The notes under the pieces were generated by a model, which searched no databases, was not told the origin of the DNA, and saw only the letters and a list, made by a program, of their open reading frames with translations. Source: a bacterium (GTDB lineage: Bacteria; Patescibacteriota; CPR2; UBA1875; JAJYID01). Taken from it: DNA of 60,418 nt. Shown piece by piece: positions 9,607 to 17,951 of this stretch (its first letter is position 1; the number at the start of each line of letters is the position of its first letter). Both the position numbers and the translations under genes were made by a program. Location of the stretch: the NCBI GenBank assembly GCA_021787535.1, contig JAJYLR010000004.1:1-60418 (forward strand). Reading direction: 5' to 3'.

Positions 9607-10065
9607 TCAGACTATGGGTTCATGAATGTGCATCGATGATTCATCCGACCAATGCTCATGCCAAATATCTTTCTTGTCTTTGACGAGATAAAGCAGGAGA
9701 GGATCCGGTTTAGGAGCATTGACACAGACGGCAATCGAGATTGTTCGGCATTCCGGACGGTTCTTGCGTTCTCCTGGCATACTCTGGCGAGCATACTCAG
9801 CAAGTCTTGATGCAAGAAGCTGGGTATACTCCTGCATCTTATCGTGTGCGCTCTCGGGGATTTCGCAGTGAGCCAAAAGCCTGTGCCGGCTCACAGCACT
9901 GCTTTCTAGAATATCAAACTCAGGGATGGGGAAGAAAAACGAGTGCAGATCAATGCCTTCTCTACCTAATACCTCTCGGCATTTAGCATTGAGATCCATC
10001 TCCCATGCCATCACTACGTCTTCCGGAATGCCCGTCGGGAAGAAAATCAGATTTACAGCCTTCAC
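9607..10065 (-). CDS. Hypothetical protein (152 aa)
   Basis: AAGGAGG SD then GTG at 10065..10063 (MKAVNLIFFPTG...); the SD overlaps the stop of the upstream gene. Confidence 0.55.
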   Translation of the reverse strand: MKAVNLIFFPTGIPEDVVMAWEMDLNAKCREVLGREGIDLHSFFFPIPEFDILESSAVSRHRLLAHCEIPESAHDKMQEYTQLLASRLAEYARQSMPGERKNRPECRTISIAVCVNAPKPDPLLLYLVKDKKDIWHEHWSDESSMHIHEPIV

Positions 10066-10076
10066 GTTACACCTCC

Positions 10077-10481
10077 TTAAACAGGTTGATGTCTGCGCCA
10101 TGTAAAGGCGCCTTGGTTGATATTGTCGAAGGGGCACACTAGCGTTGTCACCCGATCACATGTGTATTTTCTCCCATAGTACTCGACAAGAACTTCTGTC
10201 ACCGCCTGAGCTGCTTCATCTTGCGTCTCTTTATCGCGCTCTTCATCTTCGTTCATCAAAATGTCAGCACGCATAAAGGCGGCAAAGACTGGAACGAAAG
10301 TGACTGTGACTTGCTCGGGCTTACGATGCATCTTCTCGATTCCGGCAACTGCTGCCTGAATCTTGGGCTCCAACATGTCCCTTTCATCCCTGATCTTACG
10401 AAATATCTCAAGCAGATGTTCTGGAAGAGATAATGCTTCACCACCGAAAACAATCGGGACTTCTACATTAACTTGCGGCAT
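10077..10481 (-). CDS. Hypothetical protein (134 aa), possible distant paralogue of the downstream gene
   Basis: GAGGAGGAG SD before ATG; 'MPQVNVEVPIVFGGE...'; pattern loosely parallel to the 152-aa protein. Confidence 0.55.
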   Translation of the reverse strand: MPQVNVEVPIVFGGEALSLPEHLLEIFRKIRDERDMLEPKIQAAVAGIEKMHRKPEQVTVTFVPVFAAFMRADILMNEDEERDKETQDEAAQAVTEVLVEYYGRKYTCDRVTTLVCPFDNINQGAFTWRRHQPV

Positions 10482-10577
10482 TTACTTCACTCCTCCTCGT
10501 CAGGGTTAGATCCCTTTTCCAAGAACTCCTCGGCGAGATCGATTAAAGCAATGTAGACACCTCCAAAAGTCTTGTTC

Positions 10578-10835
10578 TTATTGGTTCGGCAGTTTCACAG
10601 TCTCGCCCCCAACTATTGTGTAGGGGCCGGGATTGAAAGTTACCGTAATGCTTGGAATGGGAGGAAAAGCTGAGGGTTTTTTGTCCTCGAAGATATCAGC
10701 GATATGGGCGCTAACAATCTTGACTCCTTTTTCTTCGGGATAGATTGTCGCTATTACCTTATCGTCCTCGAGGACCTCAACGATTTGAACTCCCGGTTTT
10801 ACCGAATGAGTCTCAATTTTGAAACTGATGGCCAT
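10578..10835 (-). CDS. Hypothetical protein (85 aa)
   Basis: AAAGGAG SD before ATG 10835..10833 (MAISFKIETHSV...). Confidence 0.55.
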   Translation of the reverse strand: MAISFKIETHSVKPGVQIVEVLEDDKVIATIYPEEKGVKIVSAHIADIFEDKKPSAFPPIPSITVTFNPGPYTIVGGETVKLPNQ

Positions 10836-11004
10836 ATCTGCTCCTTTGTATTTTTTCCAGAGTGAAATCCGATTACAAACCTTTGGGCCTATAACCAAAT
10901 AAAACCCTGGAAGTTTTCAAGGTCCAGGATTTCTTATAATAACATAAAAGGCGTTCTGTGACAAGAGCAAAAATCGTGAATAAAGTAAGGATTATACATT
11001 GTCA

Positions 11005-11036
11005 GTCGGTACACTAAACTAGTCTAGTGTACCGAC
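11005..11036. promoter_or_regulatory. 12-bp perfect inverted repeat upstream of infC (operator or leader hairpin candidate)
   Basis: gtcggtacacta (11005..11016) / tagtgtaccgac (11025..11036), 8-nt loop. Confidence 0.35.
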
Positions 11037-11113
11037 AATTGGACATTGGTACTTGGATATTGGAAATTTTTTTTAAACTTCCCCTTTACACATGCTGCAT
11101 TTTTTGTTATCAT

Positions 11114-11665
11114 ATGCAAGGAAAATTAAACGGAGCAATTTCAATAAAATACAGGATTAACCACCAGATAAGGGCAAAAGAAGTAAGACTGATTGGAGCT
11201 AGCGGCGAACAGATCGGAGTAGTTTCATTGCCTGAGGCACTCAAGCTGGCAGAGGACGAGGATCTGGATCTTGTAGAAATTTCTCCAAACGCAAATCCCC
11301 CTGTGGCTAAAATTCTTGATTGGGGGAAATTTAAATACGAGAAAAGAAAGCAAGAGCAGAGCCAGCGAAAAAGGCAGAAGAACGTCGAGGTAAAAGGCAT
11401 ACGTCTCAGTTCGAAAATCGGACAGCACGACCTTGAAACCAAAGCAAAACATGCCGGAAAGTTTCTCGAATCCGGCAACAAAGTCAAGATTCGGCTAATG
11501 TTTAAAGGCCGGGAAATCGTACACAAAGATCTGGGGGCTGAAGTCCTAAGAAGGTTTGCCGAAAAGCTCGAAGACATTGCCGAAACCGACCAAAACATAA
11601 CATTTTCAGGACGCGAAGTTAGTATGATTCTTGCACCCAAGAAAAAAGCAGAGAAAGGAAAATAA
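11114..11665 (+). CDS. infC: Translation initiation factor IF-3
   Basis: 'INHQIRAKEVRLIG...', 'VAKILDWGKFKYE', C-domain 'KGREIVH'. Start uncertain: ATG 11114 or a nearby ATT/ATA, as is common for infC. Confidence 0.85.
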   Translation: MQGKLNGAISIKYRINHQIRAKEVRLIGASGEQIGVVSLPEALKLAEDEDLDLVEISPNANPPVAKILDWGKFKYEKRKQEQSQRKRQKNVEVKGIRLSSKIGQHDLETKAKHAGKFLESGNKVKIRLMFKGREIVHKDLGAEVLRRFAEKLEDIAETDQNITFSGREVSMILAPKKKAEKGK

Positions 11666-11860
11666 ATGCCAAAAATGAAAACGCACAAAGGTGCGGCTAA
11701 AAGATTTAAAATGACAAAAAAGGGCAAACTTTTACGCGCCCGAGCTTTTGGCAGCCATATTTTGGAGAAAAAAGCCCAAGATAGAAAAAGAGATGATTCA
11801 AAGAATGCTCCAGTATCCGGTGCAGACTATAAAAACGTTAAAAAACTGATCGGAAAATAA
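11666..11860 (+). CDS. rpmI: 50S ribosomal protein L35
   Basis: '[22 protein letters not shown]'. Confidence 0.9.
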   Translation: MPKMKTHKGAAKRFKMTKKGKLLRARAFGSHILEKKAQDRKRDDSKNAPVSGADYKNVKKLIGK

Positions 11861-11861
11861 A

Positions 11862-12194
11862 ATGAGAGTCAAAAGAGGAAAAACCACCCGCAAAAAACAT
11901 AAGAAAATAATGAAGCAAGTCAAAGGCATGAGCCACGCGAGAACTTCTTCTATTAAAGGCGCCAAAGAAGCTCTTCTCAAATCCCTATCTTACTCTTACC
12001 GCGACAGACGAACCAGAAAGAGAGATTTCCGTGCTCTTTGGATTACGCGCATCTCAGCCGCTTGCAAAGAAAACGGTACCAAATACTCTGAGTTTATGCA
12101 TTCCTTAAAGAACCAAAATATAGAATTAGATAGGAAAATCCTGGCAGATCTTGCCGCCACCGAACCGGAAGTTTTCAAGAAATTAGTTAAATAA
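11862..12194 (+). CDS. rplT: 50S ribosomal protein L20
   Basis: 'MRVKRGKTTRKKHKKI...', 'YRDRRTRKRDFRALWITRI'. Confidence 0.9.
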   Translation: MRVKRGKTTRKKHKKIMKQVKGMSHARTSSIKGAKEALLKSLSYSYRDRRTRKRDFRALWITRISAACKENGTKYSEFMHSLKNQNIELDRKILADLAATEPEVFKKLVK

Positions 12195-12208
12195 AGTTCT
12201 TTGCCAAT

Positions 12209-12573
12209 CAAATAAAATCCCTGAGTCGGGTACAACCACTGGGAGGTATAATGAAAACAGCATTCGAGGATTTAGTATTGTTTCAATCAGGACTCTGTTG
12301 ATGCGGTTTTCGATACTATGTCTGTAACGACATAGACCATATCCAGATTGATCTAAACACGAGCACTAAAGAGATTGACCACTTTGGCACAGTGGGCCCT
12401 TGCGACGGCTCATGCAAAAGCCAAAGAGGTAAGCTTTCTGGATTAGTGCTCAAGGCACTCAAAGAGTCACAACTGGTAAACATATAATCAGAAATAATTG
12501 CTACAACCGCCCGGCCTTCACTAATAACGCGAGAGGTTTTTACACCTCTCGCCCGACTCAGGTTTTTTATTTG
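12209..12573 (+). other. Inverted-repeat-bounded about 365-nt element (structured RNA, or small insertion carrying a Cys-rich ORF with an in-frame TGA)
   Basis: 22-nt terminal inverted repeat with 20/22 complementary; internal hairpins; SD+ATG 12251, TGA 12299, TAA 12485; see findings. Confidence 0.4.
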
Positions 12574-12599
12574 ATATAATTATAATAATGGAGGTGAAT

Positions 12600-12773
12600 G
12601 TGAAGATTAATAAATATAAATGCAAAGATTGCGAAGCCGAGTTTGAACTTTTGGAGGGCAATACCCCGGAAGTAAAGTGCCTTGGCTGCGGCAGCAAAAA
12701 TGTCGAAAAGACAGCTTCTGAAGAAATGCAAGGCGGATGCGACTGCTCATCCTGCCCCGGCTGCGGACACTAA
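12600..12773 (+). CDS. FmdB-family zinc-ribbon protein
   Basis: GGAGG SD then GTG 12600 gives 'MKINKYKCKDCEAEF...CLGCGS', C-terminal 'GGCDCSSCPGCGH'. The track ORF starts 12 nt earlier at ATG 12588. Confidence 0.7.
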   Translation: MKINKYKCKDCEAEFELLEGNTPEVKCLGCGSKNVEKTASEEMQGGCDCSSCPGCGH

Positions 12774-12797
12774 CATATTACCTTAACTAAGAAAAAA

Positions 12798-12821
12798 GAA
12801 GACCCCGAAGGGTCTTCTTTT
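12798..12821. terminator. Bidirectional intrinsic terminator
   Basis: gaagaccc/gggtcttc stem, cgaa loop, A/T tracts on both sides, between convergent genes. Confidence 0.65.
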
Positions 12822-12834
12822 GACTCTTCGAGGT

Positions 12835-13614
12835 TTATTTTTTACTGAGCAACCACTCGGCTTGTTCCCGCTCGGTCATCTTCAGTACCGGCAGAATTGA
12901 AAGGTCATCCAGTGAAAGCTTCGCGGTCAATAAACCCATCTCATCCTTAATTTCAGCGATTGTTCTTTCAGGCGAAACCACTTTACTCTCAGAAATTAGC
13001 TCTTTTCCATAAGCCATAGCTATCCCGAAGCAGCAGTTAAGCTGAGTAGAAATAGCAGTTGCGATAGAGATAACCATTTCCCTCTGTCTGTCCCTCATCT
13101 CCAAAATTGGCACAACCATGTTGGAAGGACAAAGAATGATCTGTACACCCTGATCCTCATACTGTGCCACCACCCTCGCAGAAAAGATGTCGAAACAGAT
13201 CAAGATACCGATACGGCCAAAATCGGTATCAAGAATGACGGGAGATGTACCCGCTGTCATCCCGTAATCTTTTTCCCCGCCCAGAAGATTTTGCTTGTGG
13301 TATATATCAGCTATCTCTCCCTCTCTGTTTAAAATTACAGCTGAGTTGCGCATACCTTCTGCATAAGTTACAGCCCCAAACACTGCCCAGATCCCATATT
13401 TTTTGCACATTGGAGAAATGTGCTCAGTTATATAATCAGCACACCTCCTCGGATCTTCGACCTGAATGATGGTTTCCGGAAAACAGATGATATCCGCTCC
13501 TTGCGCGACAGCCTTCTCAAAAACATCTCTTACTGTGTAAAGTAAATCACCGGACTGAAGGATTTTCGGATATGGTATCTGAGCCAACCCAATAACTGGA
13601 TCCATTAAGACCAC
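12835..13614 (-). CDS. Carbon-nitrogen hydrolase (nitrilase superfamily)
   Basis: E-K-C triad context 'ICFPE', 'YHKQNL', 'ILICFD'. Start is either GTG 13614 or ATG 13605. Confidence 0.75.
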   Translation of the reverse strand: MVLMDPVIGLAQIPYPKILQSGDLLYTVRDVFEKAVAQGADIICFPETIIQVEDPRRCADYITEHISPMCKKYGIWAVFGAVTYAEGMRNSAVILNREGEIADIYHKQNLLGGEKDYGMTAGTSPVILDTDFGRIGILICFDIFSARVVAQYEDQGVQIILCPSNMVVPILEMRDRQREMVISIATAISTQLNCCFGIAMAYGKELISESKVVSPERTIAEIKDEMGLLTAKLSLDDLSILPVLKMTEREQAEWLLSKK

Positions 13615-13681
13615 CGCTCCTTTGTAGAAAGTTCAGTATTTGTTTACAGAATAATAGTATAATACATAAATAGTCATTTTT

Positions 13682-14242
13682 CTACTCACTGTCCTTAAGC
13701 GGATATTCAAAGTGATGGAATTCCTTTCTCTTCCCTAGGTGAAATCCTAAGCCAAGCATTGTCTCGATCAGTAAATCCTGTAACTCCTGATATCTCTTAG
13801 ATTTCTTATCTTCTTTCTCCCTATAAAAATCGAGAAAGATTCCGTCCGGCCAGTCTGCCCTATTCCACATCTCAACTTCCTGACCGGTTTTTAGATCTAT
13901 CAAGTTAATATCGACCGCGAGTCCGGTGGCATGAGGCATTCTCGTTCCGCTAAAAGTTCTATCAGTCACCTCCCTGCCATCATTTTCGTAACGTTTTTTT
14001 TGAACGAGTTTATAAAGTTCCGGCGTGCGATAAGCATCTTTCACTATCATTTCATAACCATATATCCGAAAAATCCTATTTGCTTCTTGAAGCTTAGGAA
14101 TTAACCTTTCGTCAACTTGAGCGATATTACCGTCAATGCCAACAGATTTTAGTTCGTCTATGGATAAATTAAAGTTTTTTCTTCTGACCCAATAGTAGTT
14201 AATACTTTTGATGTCATAATCTGACAAGTCCACCAGTCCCAT
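13682..14242 (-). CDS. M15 family D-Ala-D-Ala dipeptidase-like metallopeptidase (VanX-like)
   Basis: 'MPHATGLAVDI' and 'EFHHFEY' zinc-ligand motifs. Confidence 0.75.
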   Translation of the reverse strand: MGLVDLSDYDIKSINYYWVRRKNFNLSIDELKSVGIDGNIAQVDERLIPKLQEANRIFRIYGYEMIVKDAYRTPELYKLVQKKRYENDGREVTDRTFSGTRMPHATGLAVDINLIDLKTGQEVEMWNRADWPDGIFLDFYREKEDKKSKRYQELQDLLIETMLGLGFHLGKRKEFHHFEYPLKDSE

Positions 14243-14244
14243 AA

Positions 14245-14940
14245 CTATTTTATCTTTTCCAGTTTCCCATCGCGAAGGTGTATTACGCGATTAGCGATCC
14301 TGGTCACATCCGGATTATGAGTAACTATGACAAAAGTTTGTCCGGTTTTTTTATTGAGAACAGTCATCATGTCGATGATCTCATCCCCTGTTTTGGTATC
14401 GAGGTTCCCCGTCGGCTCATCGGCTAGGATAATTGCTGGATTGTTTACAAGGGCGCGGGCAATAGCCACTCTCTGCTGCTGGCCTCCGGAAAGCTGGGTC
14501 GGTTTTGAGCCGGCCCTGTCTTCCATCCCCACTTCTTTTAGATATTTTAACGCTCTCTTTTTTGCCTCTTTCTTCTTAACCCCGGAGTATTTAAGCGGCA
14601 ACATGACATTTTCAAGAGCGGTTAACGTCGGGATTAAGTTATATTGCTGGAATATAAAGCCGACCATTTCCGATCTGATCTTTGGATAATCGCCTTTTTT
14701 AACCTTTGTAACGTCTTTTTTATCGATCATAACCTTCCCGTTTGATGGTTGGTCGAGAATACCAAACATATTTAGAAGAGTTGACTTTCCCGACCCGGAC
14801 GGTCCCATGACGGCTACAATCTCGCCTTTTTTGATGTCTAAGCTCAGATTATTTAAAGCATGAACAATATTTTCCTTACTCGGTTTATAAGTTTTTGTAA
14901 GCTTTTTTGCTTCTAGTATTTTTTCGTCTTTTTTTACCAT
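14245..14940 (-). CDS. ABC transporter ATP-binding protein (MacB/LolD type)
   Basis: 'GPSGSGKST', 'LSGGQQQRVAIARAL', 'ILADEPTGNLD'. Confidence 0.9.
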   Translation of the reverse strand: MVKKDEKILEAKKLTKTYKPSKENIVHALNNLSLDIKKGEIVAVMGPSGSGKSTLLNMFGILDQPSNGKVMIDKKDVTKVKKGDYPKIRSEMVGFIFQQYNLIPTLTALENVMLPLKYSGVKKKEAKKRALKYLKEVGMEDRAGSKPTQLSGGQQQRVAIARALVNNPAIILADEPTGNLDTKTGDEIIDMMTVLNKKTGQTFVIVTHNPDVTRIANRVIHLRDGKLEKIK

Positions 14941-15003
14941 TTATCTACCTTTGAAATTTGTAATTTTATTGGAAATTGGTCATTGAAAATTGGAAATTTT
15001 TAG

Positions 15004-16299
15004 CTATTCTTCCTTTAAAGCCGTTACCGGATTGATCCTTGCGGCATGCCACGCCGGATAAAGACCGGCCACAGCGCCGATAACAATTGAAAATACAATC
15101 GCCCCAATAGCTAACCTCGGGGTAATGGCAAATATCTGGATATTCTTTGATGCTGTAGACATATTTATCAGATACACGATCCCACTGCCGATACCCAAGC
15201 CGATAAGCCCGCCAAAGAGACCGATGGTTGAAGATTCTATTAAGTATTCTTTGATAATATGCCGGTCGCGCGCGCCAACCGCTTTTTTGACACCTATTTC
15301 TCTTTTGCGCTCTGAAACCGACATGATCATGGTGTTAATTACGGACAACGAACCAACAATAAGAGCAATTAACGCGCTTCCGACAATCACAGCGTTTAAG
15401 AGCACCGATACCGATTCGATCATTTTCTTGCCTTGCGCCGGCGAAAGCGCCTTCACGTCCTTCACTTTCGACTCAATATCTTTGGAAACCTGCTCCGGAT
15501 CTGTTCCGTCTTTCCAGCTCACTGAAGCCGAGGAGTTAATGTTGTTTATGTCGAAGTTAGCAGCTTGTGTGATTTGTCTCTGAACCGCGGGTGACAGATA
15601 TTGAAACGATGGGTCGGCCATAGTCTGCTTGGCGCTTGCCGACTTGTCGCGCAGATCTTTGAGAGTTGGTGTCTGGTCGATTAAAATCTCGCGCGCATCT
15701 CCTATATTCATAAATATATAACTATCCGGGCCTGTCATGGTTTTTTCCAGTACTCCAACTACCCTGAAATTCTTGTTGTCGATCTTAAACGTATCACCGG
15801 TTTTTAAATTTTTATCAGATGCAATATCTGAACCGACCGAAACAACTCCCGTGTCACCTTTTTGAATCATTCTGCCGCTTTTCATAGTCAGGGTTTTCCA
15901 GTTCTCATTTTTGAAGCTGCTGTTTAGGTCAACACCCATAATGGTCGGCGGCGGACCGAAACTAATTCCCGATCCTCCGTTTTTCTTATCAGGATCAATG
16001 TAGCTTGTTTCCACTCCTGCTTGGACCGCCTTAACTCCATCAACTTTCGCAACCTGATTAATCTGGTCTTGTGTTAAAAATCCCGAACCAGAGAAAGGAT
16101 TTCTCTCTCCGCTTGCTCCTTGAGAAGAAGAAACCGTAATCTGTCCTGTCAGAAACTGTTCGCCTCCCTTGAGCATTAAATTCATCTTCTCAGCAAGAGA
16201 ACCAAGGACTACCAGAGCTAAAACACCGATCACAATGCCAAAAATAGTGAGCGTTGTCCTCAGCTTCCTCCGAAACATGTTGCGAATCGTCTCAAACAT
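15004..16299 (-). CDS. ABC transporter permease (MacB/FtsX-like)
   Basis: N-terminal TM helix, large periplasmic domain, C-terminal FtsX-type TM bundle; adjacent to the ATPase. Confidence 0.85.
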   Translation of the reverse strand: MFETIRNMFRRKLRTTLTIFGIVIGVLALVVLGSLAEKMNLMLKGGEQFLTGQITVSSSQGASGERNPFSGSGFLTQDQINQVAKVDGVKAVQAGVETSYIDPDKKNGGSGISFGPPPTIMGVDLNSSFKNENWKTLTMKSGRMIQKGDTGVVSVGSDIASDKNLKTGDTFKIDNKNFRVVGVLEKTMTGPDSYIFMNIGDAREILIDQTPTLKDLRDKSASAKQTMADPSFQYLSPAVQRQITQAANFDINNINSSASVSWKDGTDPEQVSKDIESKVKDVKALSPAQGKKMIESVSVLLNAVIVGSALIALIVGSLSVINTMIMSVSERKREIGVKKAVGARDRHIIKEYLIESSTIGLFGGLIGLGIGSGIVYLINMSTASKNIQIFAITPRLAIGAIVFSIVIGAVAGLYPAWHAARINPVTALKEE

Positions 16300-16361
16300 A
16301 GAAAAATCCTCATTAACCTCTATATTTTACACAAAACCTGAAACTTTGCCAGTAAAAACTT

Positions 16362-16835
16362 TTATAGATCTAAATGTTTTTCAAGAGCTTTAATTTTTAT
16401 CCGATCGGCATCGCCTTTCTTGCCTTGTCTATAATCATCCTTAAGACAAGCTTTGTAAGCTTTCAAATACTGCCTTGCACTCAATGCATAATATTTGACG
16501 CCACTTTCTACCAAGTTTGCTTCATTAAGTTGTAAACCGGAATGTTTCCCGGATTCCTCTATTGAACCAAATGCTACATAGCCACTGATATTAGGATGTG
16601 AAAATTCGTGTTCATGCTCATCTTCAAGTTGGAATTGATATTTCTCAAGGTAAGATCTAAGCTCATCCCACTTATTGGTAATCCATGTTTCATATACCAG
16701 TAAATCAATATCATCTATTTTGCCAAGAGGTTCAATAATCTGATATAAACCCAATGATCCATAAAGAACCGGGACTATACCCTTTTTATTTAGGAGCCCT
16801 ATAACCCATAAGGCATCTTTTATTTTCTTTTCCAT
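16362..16835 (-). CDS. Putative Pol-beta-superfamily nucleotidyltransferase
   Basis: 'VLYGSLGLY...IDDIDLLV' (GS-Xn-DxD pattern); size similar to small antibiotic nucleotidyltransferases; weak call. Confidence 0.4.
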   Translation of the reverse strand: MEKKIKDALWVIGLLNKKGIVPVLYGSLGLYQIIEPLGKIDDIDLLVYETWITNKWDELRSYLEKYQFQLEDEHEHEFSHPNISGYVAFGSIEESGKHSGLQLNEANLVESGVKYYALSARQYLKAYKACLKDDYRQGKKGDADRIKIKALEKHLDL

Positions 16836-17002
16836 AAAATAATTCTATCACAACTAGTTTCTGGGAGTTCTCACCCCTAGAAACTAAAAGAGACAACGAT
16901 ACGCAAGATATCATTGCCTCTTTGGTAGAACATAGTTGATGCAGTTTGGAACTTTTGTGCGATATAGTGTAGTGCATGAAAAGAGTTGAGAAAAGATGTG
17001 CA

Positions 17003-17746
17003 CTAAATGATAGTGACTATTTCTAACGCAATTTGAAACAACTTTGCTGCATCTCGTTCATTTTCTTGTAAGTTTTTTCCTGCAATATTATCATCAGTAA
17101 TTAAGAAACTAGCAAAACTTATATTACGAAATTGTGCGACGGCAAGTAAAGACGCCAATTCCATATCAACAGCTACACATCCATTGTTTTTCATTGTCTG
17201 TAACTTTCCAGCCGTCTCTCTATATACTGCATCAGTTGTCCAGACCTTACCATTTAAAAAAGATACATTATGTTTGGAAAATAATTCATTCATTACACTT
17301 ACTAACTTAGTGTCTTGAATAACTTCGTCACTCGGTGGCAGATAATGATAACTTACACCTTCTTCTCGATAAGCTGATTTAGGGATGATGATTGTGTTTT
17401 TAGCAATTTTTTTGTCCATTGCACCACACGTACCAAATGCAACGATTTTATTGATTCCACTTGCAATTAACAACTCCATTTCTACGGCAGACATAGCAGA
17501 ACCACCAACTCCATCGGCTGGTGATACCAGTAATATATTTTCTTGACCATATTTATATATAAAAAAATTATCAAATACTCCTTTTTTGTCGTTTTTAATA
17601 GGGGAAACCTCAATATTGTCTTGTTTTTTTATGTAGACTTCCCATACCTCATCATCAAATATCATTAAAGCTCTTGATGGACTACCGAATAAATCAAGAA
17701 CACTGGGGTTGAATAATGCACTTTTGTCTGGATCAAATTTAATCAT
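17003..17746 (-). CDS. Nucleoside phosphorylase (PNP/UDP family 1)
   Basis: 'AFGTCGAM', 'VAVDMELASL' family motifs. Confidence 0.7.
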   Translation of the reverse strand: MIKFDPDKSALFNPSVLDLFGSPSRALMIFDDEVWEVYIKKQDNIEVSPIKNDKKGVFDNFFIYKYGQENILLVSPADGVGGSAMSAVEMELLIASGINKIVAFGTCGAMDKKIAKNTIIIPKSAYREEGVSYHYLPPSDEVIQDTKLVSVMNELFSKHNVSFLNGKVWTTDAVYRETAGKLQTMKNNGCVAVDMELASLLAVAQFRNISFASFLITDDNIAGKNLQENERDAAKLFQIALEIVTII

Positions 17747-17951
17747 TTTTCTTTTTAATTTATGCTAATAGCTTGATTAAAATTTATTATAACAATTTTC
17801 TCATTAATTTACCTCTTTGTCTTCATAGGATCATTCATTGAGTATTGGAATTTAAGACTAATGAATTGACAGACAATACATAATCAGTTATAATGTGCAC
17901 CAATTACTTTACAGTAATGTACATTACATTATACAAAAGAATGAGGTAAGG

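Noticed and set aside
10482-10577. Possible 22-aa ORF (IALIDLAEEFLEKGSNPDEEE) with a GGAGGTG SD between two genes of the GC-rich operon.
   Set aside because: It would need an ATT start and is too short to evaluate.
11027-11113. N-terminal extension of infC in the track ORF (MYRQLDIGTWILEIFF...).
   Set aside because: The extension covers the inverted repeat and promoter-like region and is not IF-3-like. The true start is at or after 11114.
16362-17746. Idea that the nucleotidyltransferase-like and PNP-family genes form a defence module, since PNP-type effectors occur in some systems.
   Set aside because: There is no sensor or receiver domain, each gene looks free-standing, and composition matches the backbone. 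Ordinary salvage or modification enzymes are the simpler reading.
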